Source of the DNA: Podarcis vaucheri
Lineage: Eukaryota
Length of the DNA stretch: 64,000 nucleotides
NCBI GenBank assembly: GCA_965113315.1
Contig: OZ220364.1
Strand: one strand, 5' to 3'
Shown here: positions 38,801-48,636 of the stretch, in pieces
Layout of the letters: the number at the start of each line of letters is the position of its first letter
How positions within the stretch are numbered: the stretch's first letter is position 1
The notes under the pieces: generated by a model
Told to the model about the DNA's origin: nothing
What the model saw: only the letters and a program-made list of their open reading frames with translations
The model's database searches: none
Translations under genes and position numbers: made by a program

Positions 38801-41800
38801 CATGGTAAAACAATAAATAATGAAGTTGTAACGACTGATAAACACCTATTATCTATGGATAAATAATAGTAAGGATAGAGGTATTTAGGCCAATGAAGCC
38901 AGAAGCTATTTTGAAGTTACTGGAATATGCATTGTGGACCTCAATTTATACATATAGCAGTGTGCATGCTCTTCTTGCTTTTGTGAAACTTGCAATATTT
39001 ATTTTTCTTGGGTTATTCTGGATAAAGTTTAATAAAATTGATAGTATTAAAAATCTAATGGAGTTATATATAGACAGCTACAAGCATTCAGTTTGAATCT
39101 CTGGCTTAAAGTACTGCTGGAAAATAAGGATCCTGCAAGGAGGTGTTTATCTACCCTTAAGGCAACTTGCTTCCAAACACTAGTACAGTGGTACCTCAGG
39201 TTACATACGCTTCAGGTTACAGACTCCGCTAACCCAGAAATATTACCTCGGGTTAAGAACTTTGCTTCAGGATGAGAACAGAAATTGCGCTCCGGCGGCG
39301 CGGCAGCAGCAGGAGGCCCCATTAGCTAGAGTGGTGCTTCAGGTTAAGAACAGTTTCAGGTTAATAACGGGCCTCCGGAACGAATTAAGTACGTAACCAG
39401 AGGTACCAGTGTATTGGGATCAAAGGTCAGGTATGAAGTTTAAGTAGGCCAAAATTGGAGTCAATAACTCTTCCTGTGCCAAACTTACGAGCCAGCTGTT
39501 CTCTTCAGGGCAGCCTATTTGCCACCTGTCTATTGTTTTATACAGCACAAACTGATCCCAAATCACTATTTTGGGACTCTCAAAGTGTCCATTTGGCATT
39601 ATGTAGAAATATAGCTCAAGAGGAAATTCAAAAGTGAGCATGTGCCTTTAGTACCATTAATGCTAGACCGGGGTCCCTACACTGACGAGTCTCCTACTTA
39701 ATCCTATCTGAATGTTTTTGCTTTAGCAGCTATCCACAATCATCAGTAAGATGGAGAAAGGGCAAACAGGCTTAGAACTTTTGGCCATAGCTGCCTAGGC
39801 TTAGAGGGCAAGTATCAAAAGGCACAAGGACAATGTTACTGCAGAGCCTGCACATCTGTAACAGCAGCAGCACATGCTCACACATGGGAGCTAGTTGCAG
39901 ACAGCGCACAGAACACTTTGTGATCAGCAGAGAAGTTGCTACTGACTGCATTTATACAGGCCTCTGGACAAACTATCTAGAGAAGCCCCTTATCCAGCAA
40001 ACTCCATATAGCTGTCGCCATAACTGATGACTACATGGAAATGATGCAAAAGCAAAAGCCCACCCCTTTACCTCTGTCCAGTGATTCGAATGGTTCCAAG
40101 GGGTCCTCCAGTGGGGGAGGAATCCGAGACGCATCTTCCAGACAACCACCTCCAGCATCAGGTTCCAAGACAGAAGCTTCCTGGCTAAGAGGCTCACCAA
40201 CAGGAGAAGGACCACTGTAGCCACATATTTTCAACTCTGCAAGAGATTTTTGTTTTTAAAAGCTAATATTATACTTTCCACATCATTAAAAAGTCAGCCA
40301 TCAATTGGAACCAGAGAAGTTATGGAAATGAACAGAACATCACAAAACAACTAATCAGCATAGATGGCAACGTAAAGTCAGGAACTTTTGCCTTTTGTGG
40401 AACAAAGTGTCTGCTGATGTCGCGAAAGCAAATCAATAACTTATCACTCCAGTGTACCTTCAAAGCTGCATCAGATAATGCCTTGTTGCTTGACAAAAGC
40501 ACCCACTCTAAGAATAGCCTTTGACATGACACAGCAAGCTCCAAGTCCATGAGGTACTTCTGGGATTGCAAAGCTTTTTTGAGTTAAGGTCCACACGTAC
40601 AGCTTATCTGTAGTCATGGTCTTTTGACACCGAAACAAAGTAAGTTACTCTGCTGCTCAAACACACCTCAGCCTAATTCCTCTTTCAAGGCTGATATGTG
40701 ACTTGTATTTGCCTGAGTTCACACCCTCATTTTCCTTTCACAGGATTTTCCAAAAATCAATGAACACCAGCAGCATGGACTTGTCAGCCTCGTCCCCCTT
40801 AACTGCAGGTGCCTTCTGGTGACTTAAAGGGCAATTCATGATCAGCACAGGGCCTATATGACTGAAACTCCCAGGTATAAACTTAGGTGGGGGTAGTGGC
40901 AAAGAAAGATTGCTTCTCTGCCACCTCTGCATTTTCAAGTAGCTGTCCAGCAGATTTTTTTTCAGGTGGCAAACAGGCCTTTGAAATCTGGCCAGAGCAG
41001 GAAGGCAGCAAGACAGCAAAAGGCCTCCTAAAGCAAAGTCTGATAGGAACTATAAGTAGAAGGTTGTCTGGAATCACACTGAAGTAGACTCCATGGATAC
41101 GAATAGTCCAGGAGAAGCTTCACCTCATATTAGCCTGCCCATGGACCAAGATCAGCAGGGGAGGCTCTACGTGTGATTTCCCTGCTAGGCCAAGTTCAGG
41201 GGCAGTGATGCAACAGTGTCTTCTCTTTGGTGGGACCACGTGTCTGGAATGTCCTCCCTTACGAGTTACGTCATGCACCATTATTTGCTTTTTGCCAGCA
41301 GGTAAAGACAGACCTGTCCGCCTAGGCTTTGGGAGGGTTGGGGAGGATTAATATTGCGAGTCACCAATTTGAAATTTATTTGATAGCTTTAATGAAACAG
41401 GGATGTTGAATATTCTAATTATTAGTTTTAAATATTCTAGGTGCATTTGATTTTCGAGTAGTTATCTAGTATTTTAATGATGTATATATTTCCACCCTCG
41501 GGCAAGGACAGGTTATAAATATTGTAAATATACTTTTAAAAATCCAAGTGAAGCAGGCGTAATGATTCATTCTCTCCATCACTGCTCCCTTAGCTAGAAC
41601 ATGCAATAGAGGAACAACCATAAAATTCTGAACTGTGGAGAATTTTAACGGCACTTGACACAATGAGCAGGATCAGCAAATCTCCATCCTAAGATGCTCT
41701 TAGATAATTACATTGTAATAAGACTCTCAGTCTAGCAAAGGCCCTGCCTTTTACCATAGCCTAATGATTAATCCAGACATGAGTGTGTTCTGGGGCAGAC

Positions 41801-44800
41801 AGGCAGGGGTATCATATTGCAAAGGTAAGCTTCCTGAATAAAAAGTTTGGGTACCATTGGCAGTCATACCTGGCTGTGTGTTCTCCAGCTCCATGCTGCC
41901 AATCAATCTGGTGCCATTTTCTGAGACTGCCGAGGAGGTTTCCTTCACTGGCTCCTCATTGCCTGGTTCATCCTGCTGTGGTGAGAAGTCCTGGCTGCCA
42001 GAGCCAAGCATAGGGGAAGGCTGAGATGATGTGTAGAAGCTGGATGGGCCATTTTGCAGGATTTCAAAATTCTGATCATCAGGGAAAGAGTCATAGAGCT
42101 CTGTTGAATCAAAGTTAAGTCCCATGGTCCCTGGAGTGCCGTTTGCCCAGAACTCTTGCCCACTGCCACTTCCCCTCAGATTGGTGGTGTGCCCAGGGGA
42201 GCCTTGCCGATTGCCTCCAGCAATACCGTTCAGTGGATACTGGGAGAACAGTGGGCTGTCCTTGAGGTTGTTGCCATTGCCAGATGGGTACTGAGAATAG
42301 TTCCAGAGATAGTCATAAGGGTGTTGGAGGTGTGAGTTGGTTGAGGAGCGGGTCCCTGAAGTACTAGCATGAGATACAGTAGATAAGCCATTAACATTCA
42401 TATCTCCATTCAAACCTGTAAACAAAAGGAAGGAAAGCAGCTATTAAAAATTCACAACAAATGCAAGGAACACTGACTGAGGAGAAAGTTCTATCCACCT
42501 CTGGGCCTGTCTCTTTTAACAAAATAGGGGTGGGGGTGGGGTGGGGAGATAAAACAAGACACAATGAAGTTGAGTAAACTGGATAAGAAATGTGTATTAA
42601 CATGTACTTTGAAAAAAGATTTTTACAGTCTCTGTCCTCTTAACAGGCCTATGAGGTAGGTCACTATTCTCATTTTACAGAGGGGGCTCTGAGATTAATT
42701 CATCACTCGGTCTGGGTTTAAGATCAGCCCAAGCCAACACTCTAGCATACCTCAAGATGGTTGAAGGGACTGAATGAAATAACTTCATGAACTTTGCCCT
42801 GAGCTCCTTGGAGGGTGGGCAAGGCAAAAAGACACACGCATATCTCAGTGCATCTACTTCTCTCATATGCAGTATTTGAACCCATTCCCTTTTTTGCCAA
42901 ACTTCCCCCCCCCCAATTATTTCCTCCCCTTGCCTACTGATTTCTATGTTTTTGCCACATTCTCAAGTCATGTTTCTAAGTTTTTCTTGGTAACTACAAA
43001 TGATAAAAGATGCATTAGCCTTTAACAAAGGTTGACATGCCCCCCTTTCTCCCCTCACCTCCCAATGTATGTAGTCTTTTCCACCTAGTATGTCTTCAGT
43101 ATGGGAAGAGCTGTAATCAGGATGTATTTTCTTTCTTGTCTTCTGGAAAAAGATGATGCTAATTTTGATCCGTTTCCATCCTTAATCAATGAGGACTGCA
43201 ATGGCTGGGCTGACCTTTATAGCACTACTATTTCTGGGGTGGCTGTATCTGTACTTATTCTAAAGGTTTTTGGAGGAAATTTTATTGGAATCTGAGTGGA
43301 AAAGGTAAAATAGGTGGTAGCAGCTAGGGACTGCAAACTAGATAGGGTCCTAACAGCCAAAACGGCAGAGGCCCACTGAACAACAGAAGCAGCAACAGAA
43401 GTGGAGTGTTGGTCTGTTTTGAAGACCTTTACCCTATATGACCAGATAGACAGAATTCTAGAATGGCTACCAGCTCCTTGCAAGCCAGTGGGGAGAACAT
43501 TTCTCGATAAAGAAAATGGGGTAACCCTGTTTTATTTTTTGAGCCTAGGTGGAAAAGAGGGGATATGGGGGATGATGTCTTGGTCATTGATGTAAAGATT
43601 AGAACTACTATCAATCAAAGACGAAGCAGCATTTCCATGCTCTAGAAGGAAACTGAAAAGTGTTTCATCCTCCCATACTAGTATTCAGTAGGCATCTTAA
43701 GGAGAAAAAGGCAGCCAGGTTAGGCTCCTCTTTTGAGTTAAGTGGTGTCATGACCAAAGCAGACTCTCTCCTTCCAATGTAGCTAGAAATATCTTCAACA
43801 TCTATAAAGGGGGAGAGGAAAGGACAACATTTCCAACCCTCTCCTCCAAACAAGGAAGTGAACCTAAAAAAGTGTTTCTTCCTGAAAACTCTTCAATTTA
43901 CAGTTACCTTCTTTATTTCTTAAAGTGCCTTCTTAAAGAGTGGTCATATTCCAACATCTGTAAATTGGGAATGTTTTCAGGAATACACACTTTTACTTCA
44001 GCAGCTTTTGAGCTTTGCCTTAGGTTGTTGCTGTTTTTAAAATATGTTCTCCAATTCCCAGCTCCTCTGCGCACTCTTTGTTAGTTTACAAGCAATAGCC
44101 TCACTTTAATATTCTGCCAAATTAATTAATTAAAATTAATAAACCTTTGGGAAGCAACACCACTACTGAAGAAATTATGCAAGGTCAGATAAAAACTGCC
44201 CACTGGGAAATGCCTTACACGGATTATCCTAAATCTTCACAAGCCCTTCCAAGCTTGCTTTAACTGAATTATAACATATTTGAAACAGCAACAACTCTTG
44301 AGCCCAGATACATGCAACTCAGCATGCTAGCAGAAACCAGCGCAAGGGTTTCCACAAGTGCAACAGGGCTTCCCCCCGCTTCCTCCCATATGCTCAAGAG
44401 CAGGGGTCAGCAACCTTTTTCAGCAGGGGGCCGGTCCACTGTCCCTCAGACCTTGTGGGGGGCTGGACTATATTTTTTTGGGGGGGGAATGAACAAATTC
44501 CTATGCCCCACAAATAACTCAGAGATGCATTTTAAATAAAAGGACACATTCTACTCATGTAAAAACATGCTGAGTCCCAGAAGGCGATTGGGCCAGATCC
44601 GGCCCCTGGGCCTTAGTTTGCCTACCCATACTCAAGAGGGTCAGGAGAATCCACAGAACAGAATATGGTGGGGGGAGGGGAGAATATTCCACCTGGCAAG
44701 AAAAAATGCTTGAACTGACAGAATGTTCAGAAGAGTGCAAAGTTGAATTCCTCCCATAAGTTCCATTCCCAGCAGGCAAACAGCACTCATCTGAGTTTTT

Positions 44801-45274
44801 ATTCCATGACTAGCCTTAATTCTTTCTCCCACCTTTAACAGGAAGAAAAAAATATATCAGATTTTCACATCATATCCAGTTGTGCTTTCACAGTGGCCTG
44901 TGAGAATACACACAACTTTGCCTGTTGCTGTGGTATTCAAATTCCTTACACTCCTCCTGAGGCACAACCATCACCCACACAGTTCTCCTTACCATTCTGC
45001 AAAGAGATACTCAGAAAAGAAGTGGAACCTCAATCTATAAAGGCAAGGGCTAGCAGTGTTTGCTATAAGACCATGTATGATCAATGCTGATGCCTGTCAC
45101 TAAGGTCAAAAGACCCAGGTCCATTGCCCCACACTTACTTTTCCCTTGCTGAGGGAAGTTCATGGGAGATCCATTTGTGTAGACATTGTCCCCTGAGGAA
45201 GGCGCAGGTTTCTGTCCTGAGGCAGCAGGTGAAGAGGGAAGGCCAGTGAAATTAAAATGGTTGTTCGCCTCCAT
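14292..45274 (-). CDS. BAZ2A: BAZ2A/TIP5, bromodomain adjacent to zinc finger domain 2A; spliced CDS of 28 coding exons, about 5283 nt / 1760 aa
   Basis: Exon translations match BAZ2A from MEANNHFNFTGLP to FFESRWEEFYQGKQ. Domains seen: TAM/MBD, GRP AT-hooks, DDT, WHIM motifs, C4HC3 PHD, bromodomain. All introns are GT-AG and exon phases sum to an open frame. Confidence 0.97.
14855..15003 (+). mobile_element. short tRNA(Ile)-derived SINE with CR1-type tail
   Basis: tagttcagttgattagaacg...gataacgccaaggttgcaggttcaatcc head; ggactagatgatcc...ttctatgattc tail. Confidence 0.8.
15275..15895. mobile_element. old Penelope-like element with inverted terminal arms, interrupted by a mariner MITE
   Basis: The left arm 15275-15392 (degenerate CTGATGA...GAAAGCTT on minus) and right arm 15790-15895 are diverged reverse complements resembling the 48.5-kb element. 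Confidence 0.55.
15537..15753 (-). mobile_element. Tc1/mariner (Tigger-like) MITE
   Basis: TA|cagtggtgcctcgg...ccgaggtaccactg|TA terminal inverted repeats with TA TSD. Confidence 0.85.
16364..16507 (-). CDS. BAZ2A: BAZ2A coding exon 27 (bromodomain N-half)
   Basis: IILMEMESHEAAWPFLEPVNPRLVPGYRKIIKNPMDFATMRARLLRG. Confidence 0.96.
17108..17346 (-). CDS. BAZ2A: BAZ2A coding exon 26 (PHD-bromo linker)
   Basis: ...PRYSGEGLSPSKRRR...ADLTFCE. Confidence 0.92.
17670..17816 (-). CDS. BAZ2A: BAZ2A coding exon 25 (PHD finger)
   Basis: TCLVCRKGDDDENLLLCDSCDRGCHLYCHRPKMTEVPAGDWFCSLCIAQ, intact C4HC3. Confidence 0.96.
18187..18319 (-). CDS. BAZ2A: BAZ2A coding exon 24
   Basis: SYEITPRMRTWRQTLERCHSAAQVSLCIYQLEHSIAWEKSV. 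Confidence 0.94.
19207..19490 (-). CDS. BAZ2A: BAZ2A coding exon 23
   Basis: GWTSPEPDS...TTNPLDLAVLRLTELEQNLERRYLREPLWP. Confidence 0.95.
20168..20331 (-). CDS. BAZ2A: BAZ2A coding exon 22
   Basis: PIFQTHP...DLSVLQWVEELEQRVLMADLQIR; cctag| and |gtaggt. Confidence 0.93.
20427..20582 (-). CDS. BAZ2A: BAZ2A coding exon 21 (WHIM3)
   Basis: MQSGWWWLQDPEEL...LHPRGIREKALHKHL. Confidence 0.95.
21095..21323 (-). CDS. BAZ2A: BAZ2A coding exon 20 (AT-hook 4)
   Basis: GQPRRRGRPPTKLFKQIEQKYLTQLTAQPIPP. Confidence 0.92.
22125..22702 (-). CDS. BAZ2A: BAZ2A coding exon 19 (NAGNAG acceptor 22702/22705)
   Basis: contains GQSQHDLSQSAFLSWLSQTQ...VLTPDSSPGK; donor CAG|gtgagt. Confidence 0.92.
22785..22921. 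mobile_element. short palindromic hAT-like MITE (similar copies near 31667-31781, 50485-50620, 54315-54440, 55098-55203, 62500-62630)
   Basis: cagggg...ccctccagatg...gatgggagttg...ccactt..cctg architecture recurring across the window. Confidence 0.55.
23974..24118 (-). CDS. BAZ2A: BAZ2A coding exon 18 (WHIM2 LGQDRYRRRYW motif)
   Basis: RQMFFRKKLLHASQLLRASSLGQDRYRRRYWVLPHLGGVFVEG. Confidence 0.95.
24315..24374 (-). CDS. BAZ2A: BAZ2A coding exon 17
   Basis: HDTPVSSVPELERQIEKLSK; tcccag| and |gtaaat. Confidence 0.92.
25046..25208 (-). CDS. BAZ2A: BAZ2A coding exon 16 (in-frame alternative donor at 25034)
   Basis: LKIALAKKTGRPESE...RKDNE; donor GAG|gtaggt or GGG|gtgagc. Confidence 0.85.
25617..25691 (-). 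CDS. BAZ2A: BAZ2A coding exon 15
   Basis: EIDKTLENMSNHRRNKWIIEGKLR; ttgcag| and |gtacat. Confidence 0.93.
26383..26597 (-). CDS. BAZ2A: BAZ2A coding exon 14
   Basis: SLKILGEKLSEI...KAAVLAFLVNELNSSALII. Confidence 0.95.
27748..27791. repeat. compound (CT)n(CA)n microsatellite
   Basis: Directly visible. Confidence 0.9.
27945..28199 (-). CDS. BAZ2A: BAZ2A coding exon 13 (DDT domain)
   Basis: PLPEFSRIPGLVLPSHAFSDCLAIVEFLHNYGKVLGF...PPFCQ. Confidence 0.95.
29778..30011 (-). CDS. BAZ2A: BAZ2A coding exon 12 (K/E-rich coiled coil)
   Basis: ...EERQRQQMILEEMKKPTEDMCLGDHQ; ctccag| and |gtgcat. Confidence 0.92.
30103..30183 (-). CDS. BAZ2A: BAZ2A coding exon 11
   Basis: ccatag|GTGCAA...CCGAAG|gtgggt; VQNKQRQEAKALKPKE. 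Confidence 0.88.
30380..30965 (-). mobile_element. L2-type LINE 3' fragment
   Basis: tttatt-rich tail followed by a reverse-strand degraded RT C-terminus (cacattttgcaccagctggagcttcc). Confidence 0.5.
31508..31569 (-). CDS. BAZ2A: BAZ2A coding exon 10
   Basis: ttgcag|AGGTACTC...CAAAAG|gtacat; VLSDEDKLKMSKIKKKMRQK. Confidence 0.88.
32596..32789 (+). mobile_element. Penelope-like element remnant (inverted pseudo-LTR) with hammerhead motif, inside (TA)n
   Basis: 41-bp perfect inverted repeat 32624-32664 / 32749-32789; CTGAAGA...GAAACGTC core; (TA)n on both sides. Confidence 0.75.
32696..32737 (+). ncRNA. minimal hammerhead ribozyme motif (PLE-type)
   Basis: CUGAAGA-U-GACGAG(uaagac)CUCGUC-GAAA-C-GUC; perfect 6-bp stem II, palindromic ACGU stem III, stem I only about 2 bp. 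Confidence 0.6.
33301..33511 (-). CDS. BAZ2A: BAZ2A coding exon 9 (AT-hooks 1 and 2)
   Basis: GLQWVQL...GKRGRPRN...KRGRGRPPK...KRLEAQ. Confidence 0.95.
33994..34095 (-). CDS. BAZ2A: BAZ2A coding exon 8 (TAM/MBD)
   Basis: YLSRNIVQNVCREHFSFSPRMPVGDFFEERDTPQ; tccag| and |gttagt. Confidence 0.95.
34583..35178. mobile_element. hAT non-autonomous DNA transposon
   Basis: TIRs cagtggttttcaacc / ggttggaaacctctg; 8-bp TSD ctctatac/ctccatac. Confidence 0.8.
35585..35693 (-). CDS. BAZ2A: BAZ2A coding exon 7 (TAM/MBD)
   Basis: WRREVYIKKGSSRWQGETWYYGPCGKRMKQFPEVIK; canonical splice sites. Confidence 0.95.
35817..35877 (-). CDS. BAZ2A: BAZ2A coding exon 6 (start of TAM/MBD)
   Basis: ctcag|GTGATGTT...CATGG|gtaggt; DVPRRRIATAEEVRYPLKHG. 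Confidence 0.92.
35981..36178 (-). CDS. BAZ2A: BAZ2A coding exon 5
   Basis: ctgcag|ACAGCAGC...AAAA|gtaagt; phase 1-1, acidic low-complexity linker. Confidence 0.85.
36590..36868. mobile_element. Tc1/mariner MITE with internal CGTCTTGCG repeats
   Basis: TA|cagtggtgcctcgcaagac...gtcttgcgaggtaccactg|TA. Confidence 0.85.
37398..37619 (-). CDS. BAZ2A: BAZ2A coding exon 4
   Basis: ttgcag|ACCCAGG...CAAG|gtgaga; PLEDPPDISALDC...FSLLADDSQ...ESVLQ. Confidence 0.9.
38200..39180 (+). mobile_element. degraded L1-like LINE fragment
   Basis: A-rich coding-like composition with interrupted frames; family call tentative. Confidence 0.35.
39186..39411 (+). mobile_element. Tc1/mariner (Tigger-like) MITE
   Basis: TA|cagtggtacctc...gaggtaccagtg|TA; same family as 15537 and 54027. 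Confidence 0.85.
40072..40236 (-). CDS. BAZ2A: BAZ2A coding exon 3
   Basis: gcag|AGTTGAAA...AGAG|gtaaag; LKICGYSG...LEPFESLDR. Confidence 0.9.
41020..41335 (+). mobile_element. L2-type LINE 3' fragment
   Basis: Degraded L2 ORF2 end (ttctctttggtgggaccacgtgtctggaatgtcctccct...taaagacagacctgt). Confidence 0.5.
41870..42415 (-). CDS. BAZ2A: BAZ2A coding exon 2
   Basis: tacag|GTTTGAAT...CCAG|gtatga; LNGDMNVNGLSTVSH...ELENTQP. Confidence 0.93.
42900..43870 (-). mobile_element. degraded L1-like LINE fragment
   Basis: Remnant ORF2-like stretches and an A-rich tail on the minus strand; tentative. Confidence 0.35.
44401..44630 (+). mobile_element. hAT MITE
   Basis: caggggtcagcaacc...tttgcctacccata; perfect 8-bp TSD ctcaagag (44393-44400, 44631-44638). 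Confidence 0.85.
45139..45274 (-). CDS. BAZ2A: BAZ2A coding exon 1 (start codon; exon begins 45276)
   Basis: ttctccttag|AAATGGAGGCG...GGAAAA|gtaagt; MEANNHFNFTGLPSSPAASG...QQGK. Confidence 0.93.
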
Positions 45275-45460
45275 TTCTAAGGAGAAAAGAAAATGCAAAA
45301 GATGCAACAGAAAGTTAAAGTCATTACATAGATGCTGCTTTTCACAGGCAGCAGTGAAAAAAATCCTCCAACATAACATGTTAGCCAGTGACTGAACAAA
45401 AGATACCAAGACATTTAGTGTTTTATCACATCTTATCCCAATAATCCTCAGAACAAGATA

Positions 45461-45707
45461 CAGTGGTACTTTGGTTTACAACCATAATCAATTCCAGAGG
45501 TCCATTTGTAAACCAAAACAGGTTGTAACCCAAGGCCCGTGTTTGCCAATGGGGCCTACAATTTTTTTTTGTTCGTAATCCAAAAAAAAAAAAAAAGGGT
45601 TGTAATCCAAAAAAAGTTTGCAAACTGGGACATGCACTTCCAGGCTTGATGTGTTTGTAATCTAAAACGTATGCAAACCAGACTGTTTGCAAACCAAGGT
45701 ACTACTG
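45461..45707. mobile_element. Tc1/mariner MITE
   Basis: TA|cagtggtacttt ggttt...aaaccaaggtactactg|TA. Confidence 0.8.
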
Positions 45708-46086
45708 TATTGTAAGGTAAAACAATACTATAATCCCCATATTGCAAATGGGGGGGGGGGCGCAGGCTGAGAGAGAATGGCTTACCTATGGCCAGCCAGG
45801 TGGTGCACTAGTGATTTCCTGGCTAACACCTCAGTCTTGCAGCTACTATGCTACACTAGCTCTCAAAATTAGCAAGCAGGGCAGATGCTATACCAATAGG
45901 ACAGATAGTTTAATGTCCATATATTTAAAGCCATTGTGTCCCTTTTGATAAAACCCAGGCTTTCATCAGAAACTGTGCAACTAAGTTCACCATTGACTGA
46001 TTGATCTCTGCCTCTTTGGAGAAAGGGAAATGTCCCCAAACACACAATGTAAGTCCTCACATTGAAATCCTTCTAAGAAAAATATA

Positions 46087-46253
46087 CCGTATTTCTCCGT
46101 CTATAAGACACCCCCATGTATAAGCCCCCTATTTTGGGGGACTCAGATTTAAGAAAATGGGGGGGGGGAGATGGCCCAGAGTATAAGACGCCCCCTAATT
46201 TTTGACATTATTTTTTAGGGGAAAAACCTAGTCTTATACATTGAAAAATACGG
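46087..46253. mobile_element. Tc1/mariner (Tc2-like) MITE
   Basis: TA|ccgtatttctcc...tataagac...gtcttata...aaaaatacgg|TA. Confidence 0.8.
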
Positions 46254-47645
46254 TATGTCATGAGGTGACCAGCAGCAACTATTTCAACTTATCTTGAATG
46301 GGGAAAGTTCAGCCAGGGGTTCTGAAATCCACTCAGGCACTCCATTCTAATAGCAGAATCTATTTAAACACATTTCTTTTGCAAGCTTCAGGGTTACTCT
46401 CACTCAGCTATCAAATAGCAATATGTCCACAGGATGGTTCTTAATATGTAGTTATAAAGTCCACTTGCCACACAAATAGGCCCCTAAAATGCTTTCCTTG
46501 AAGAGGAAACCTAAGGACCAAACAGTTCTGGAAAAGTGATTAAAAGGCTCCATTACTGCTGAGAAAGAGGGATTCAGTGTATTAATGCAGAGCCGTTCCT
46601 GTTTTAAAAACATTTTACTGAGCAGGCTGACTGCAAAGTCCCTGCTCTTTCCATGGCTTTCTAGGCCTCATGCACTGCATAGTAGTATGTGAAAATTCCT
46701 CATCAGATGATGCAAGCTTTACCAAAGCATCACCGCCCCCGCCTAGCTAGTCATTTTCTCATTCCACAGGGATGCAGATGAACTTTCGCCTCTCTGCAGC
46801 TCTGGGAAAAAGCCACCATTTCCTGTTACAGAAATTAATGCACTAAATAGATGCACTGTTCAAAGAAACTGGATGAAAATAAAGCAGAGGGCATAATCTC
46901 TTGGCATGGGGCCTAGTCCATTCCCTGTGTGTCCAGTGGGACATCTGTGGCTCCCAAACATGGCATTCCTACCAGCTTCAAGCAGGACCTTTCCCTCCCC
47001 ACCCCTTTGAAATAGAAGACTAAAGAGAAAATGCTCAAGGCAGGTCTGGACAGCTGCCAAGGACGGCAACACATAGATGAATGAATGAGGATGGAGTTCA
47101 AGCTACAGATTCAGACCAGCCTGACAATATACATCTTCTGCATAAGTAAGCACGTACATCACAATAAGTCACCAAGGAAACTTCCTTACTAAAATAATTA
47201 CGGCAGCCACAGTTTATATTACATCTTGAATCCAGAAGCTTTGCCATGAAGCCTCACTATTAAATAATACTTCTTCCACTCAAAGCTCAGAACAAACTTC
47301 AACAAACCTTTAATATGGTGTGGCATCCTATATATATATATGAGTAGGAACAGTAGAAAGAGATGACACTTGCACTTGGGCAACTCCTATGGAATAACCT
47401 AATATTAGGATACCCCTCAAAAATAATGATGGCACAGGTCCATTTACTTAACAGGAGAGATGACACCAACCCTCTCAAACAGTTCACAGTCTGAGAACAA
47501 ACACATTAAAAGGAAAGTCATGGGTATCTTTCCTCCCCCTCCTGTATTTGCTTCAAAAGTTTTACTGAACCTAGTACCTACTTCATAAATTATGGCACTA
47601 AAAACAGGTGCCCATCCTGTGTGCCTCCTCAAGACAGAACCAATA

Positions 47646-47885
47646 CAGTGGTACCTCGGTTTACGAACTTAATCCGTTCTGGAAGTCCATTCTTAAACCA
47701 AAACTGCTCTTAAACAGAAGTGTGCTTTTCCTAATGAGGCCTCCTGTCGCCGGTGCCCTTCCACTGTTTGGATTCCATTCTTAGACCGAGGTAAAGTTCA
47801 CAAGCCGGGACACTACTTCCAGTTTATGGAGTTCGTAAAACGAATCATTTGTAAACAGGACTGTTCTTAAACCGAGGTACCACTG
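47646..47885. mobile_element. Tc1/mariner MITE
   Basis: TA|cagtggtacctcggttt...aaaccgaggtaccactg|TA. Confidence 0.85.
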
Positions 47886-48123
47886 TACCAGGAATGGCTA
47901 CCTGTCATGGTCAATGAACTGTCAAACCCCTCACACTGCTTATATGAAGGCTGCTGTGCCATAAGCATACAGTGAACATTAAGAATGACAGATAAAAGCT
48001 ATATGGGGGGACGGGACAGAAGGGAAAATAATTGAAAGACTTTTAAGAAGAAAGCTACAAAGAAGAGGACAAAAACCACCTAGCACATTCCACAGAGAAA
48101 TTTTCCCCTGCTACTGTAGTAGT

Positions 48124-48485
48124 AGGGACGCAGGTGGCGCTGTGGGTAAAACCTCAGCGCCTAGGACTTGCCGATTGTATGGTCGGCGGTTCAAATCCCC
48201 GCGGCGTGGTGAGCTCCCGTCGTTCGGTCCCAGCTCCTGCCCACCTAGCAGTTCGAAAGCACTCTTAAGTGCAAGTAGATAAATAGGTACCGCTTTATAG
48301 CGGGAAGGTAAACGGCATTTCCGTGTGCTGCGCTGGTGTTGGCTCGCCAGAGCAGCTTCATCACGCTGGCCACGTGACCCGGAAGTGTCTCCGGACAGCG
48401 CTGGCCCCCGGCCTCTTAAGCGAGATGGGTGCGCAACCCCAGAGTCGGTCACGACTGGCCCGTAAGGACAGGGGTACCTTTACCT
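48124..48485 (+). mobile_element. Sauria SINE, full length
   Basis: Same head, body and ACCTTT tail; TSD tactgtagtagt at 48112-48123 and 48486-48497. Confidence 0.92.
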
Positions 48486-48501
48486 TACTGTAGTAGTGGT
48501 T

Positions 48502-48636
48502 CCAGTTACAGATGGGTAGCCGTGTTGGTCTGCCATAGTCAAAATAAAAAAATTTCTTCCTGTAGCACCTTAAAGACCAACTAAGTTAGTTCTTGGTATA
48601 AGCTTTCGTGTGCATGCACACTTCTTCAGATACACA
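48502..48636 (-). mobile_element. Penelope-like element terminal (pseudo-LTR) fragment
   Basis: gtagccgtgttggtctg...gtagcaccttaaagaccaac...agctttcgtg...cttcttcagatac; flanked by duplicated tactgtagtagtggtt. Confidence 0.75.
48596..48633 (-). ncRNA. minimal hammerhead ribozyme motif (PLE-type)
   Basis: Minus strand GUAU-CUGAAGA-A-GUGUG(caug)CACAC-GAAA-GCUU-AUAC; stems I and II pair. Confidence 0.6.
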
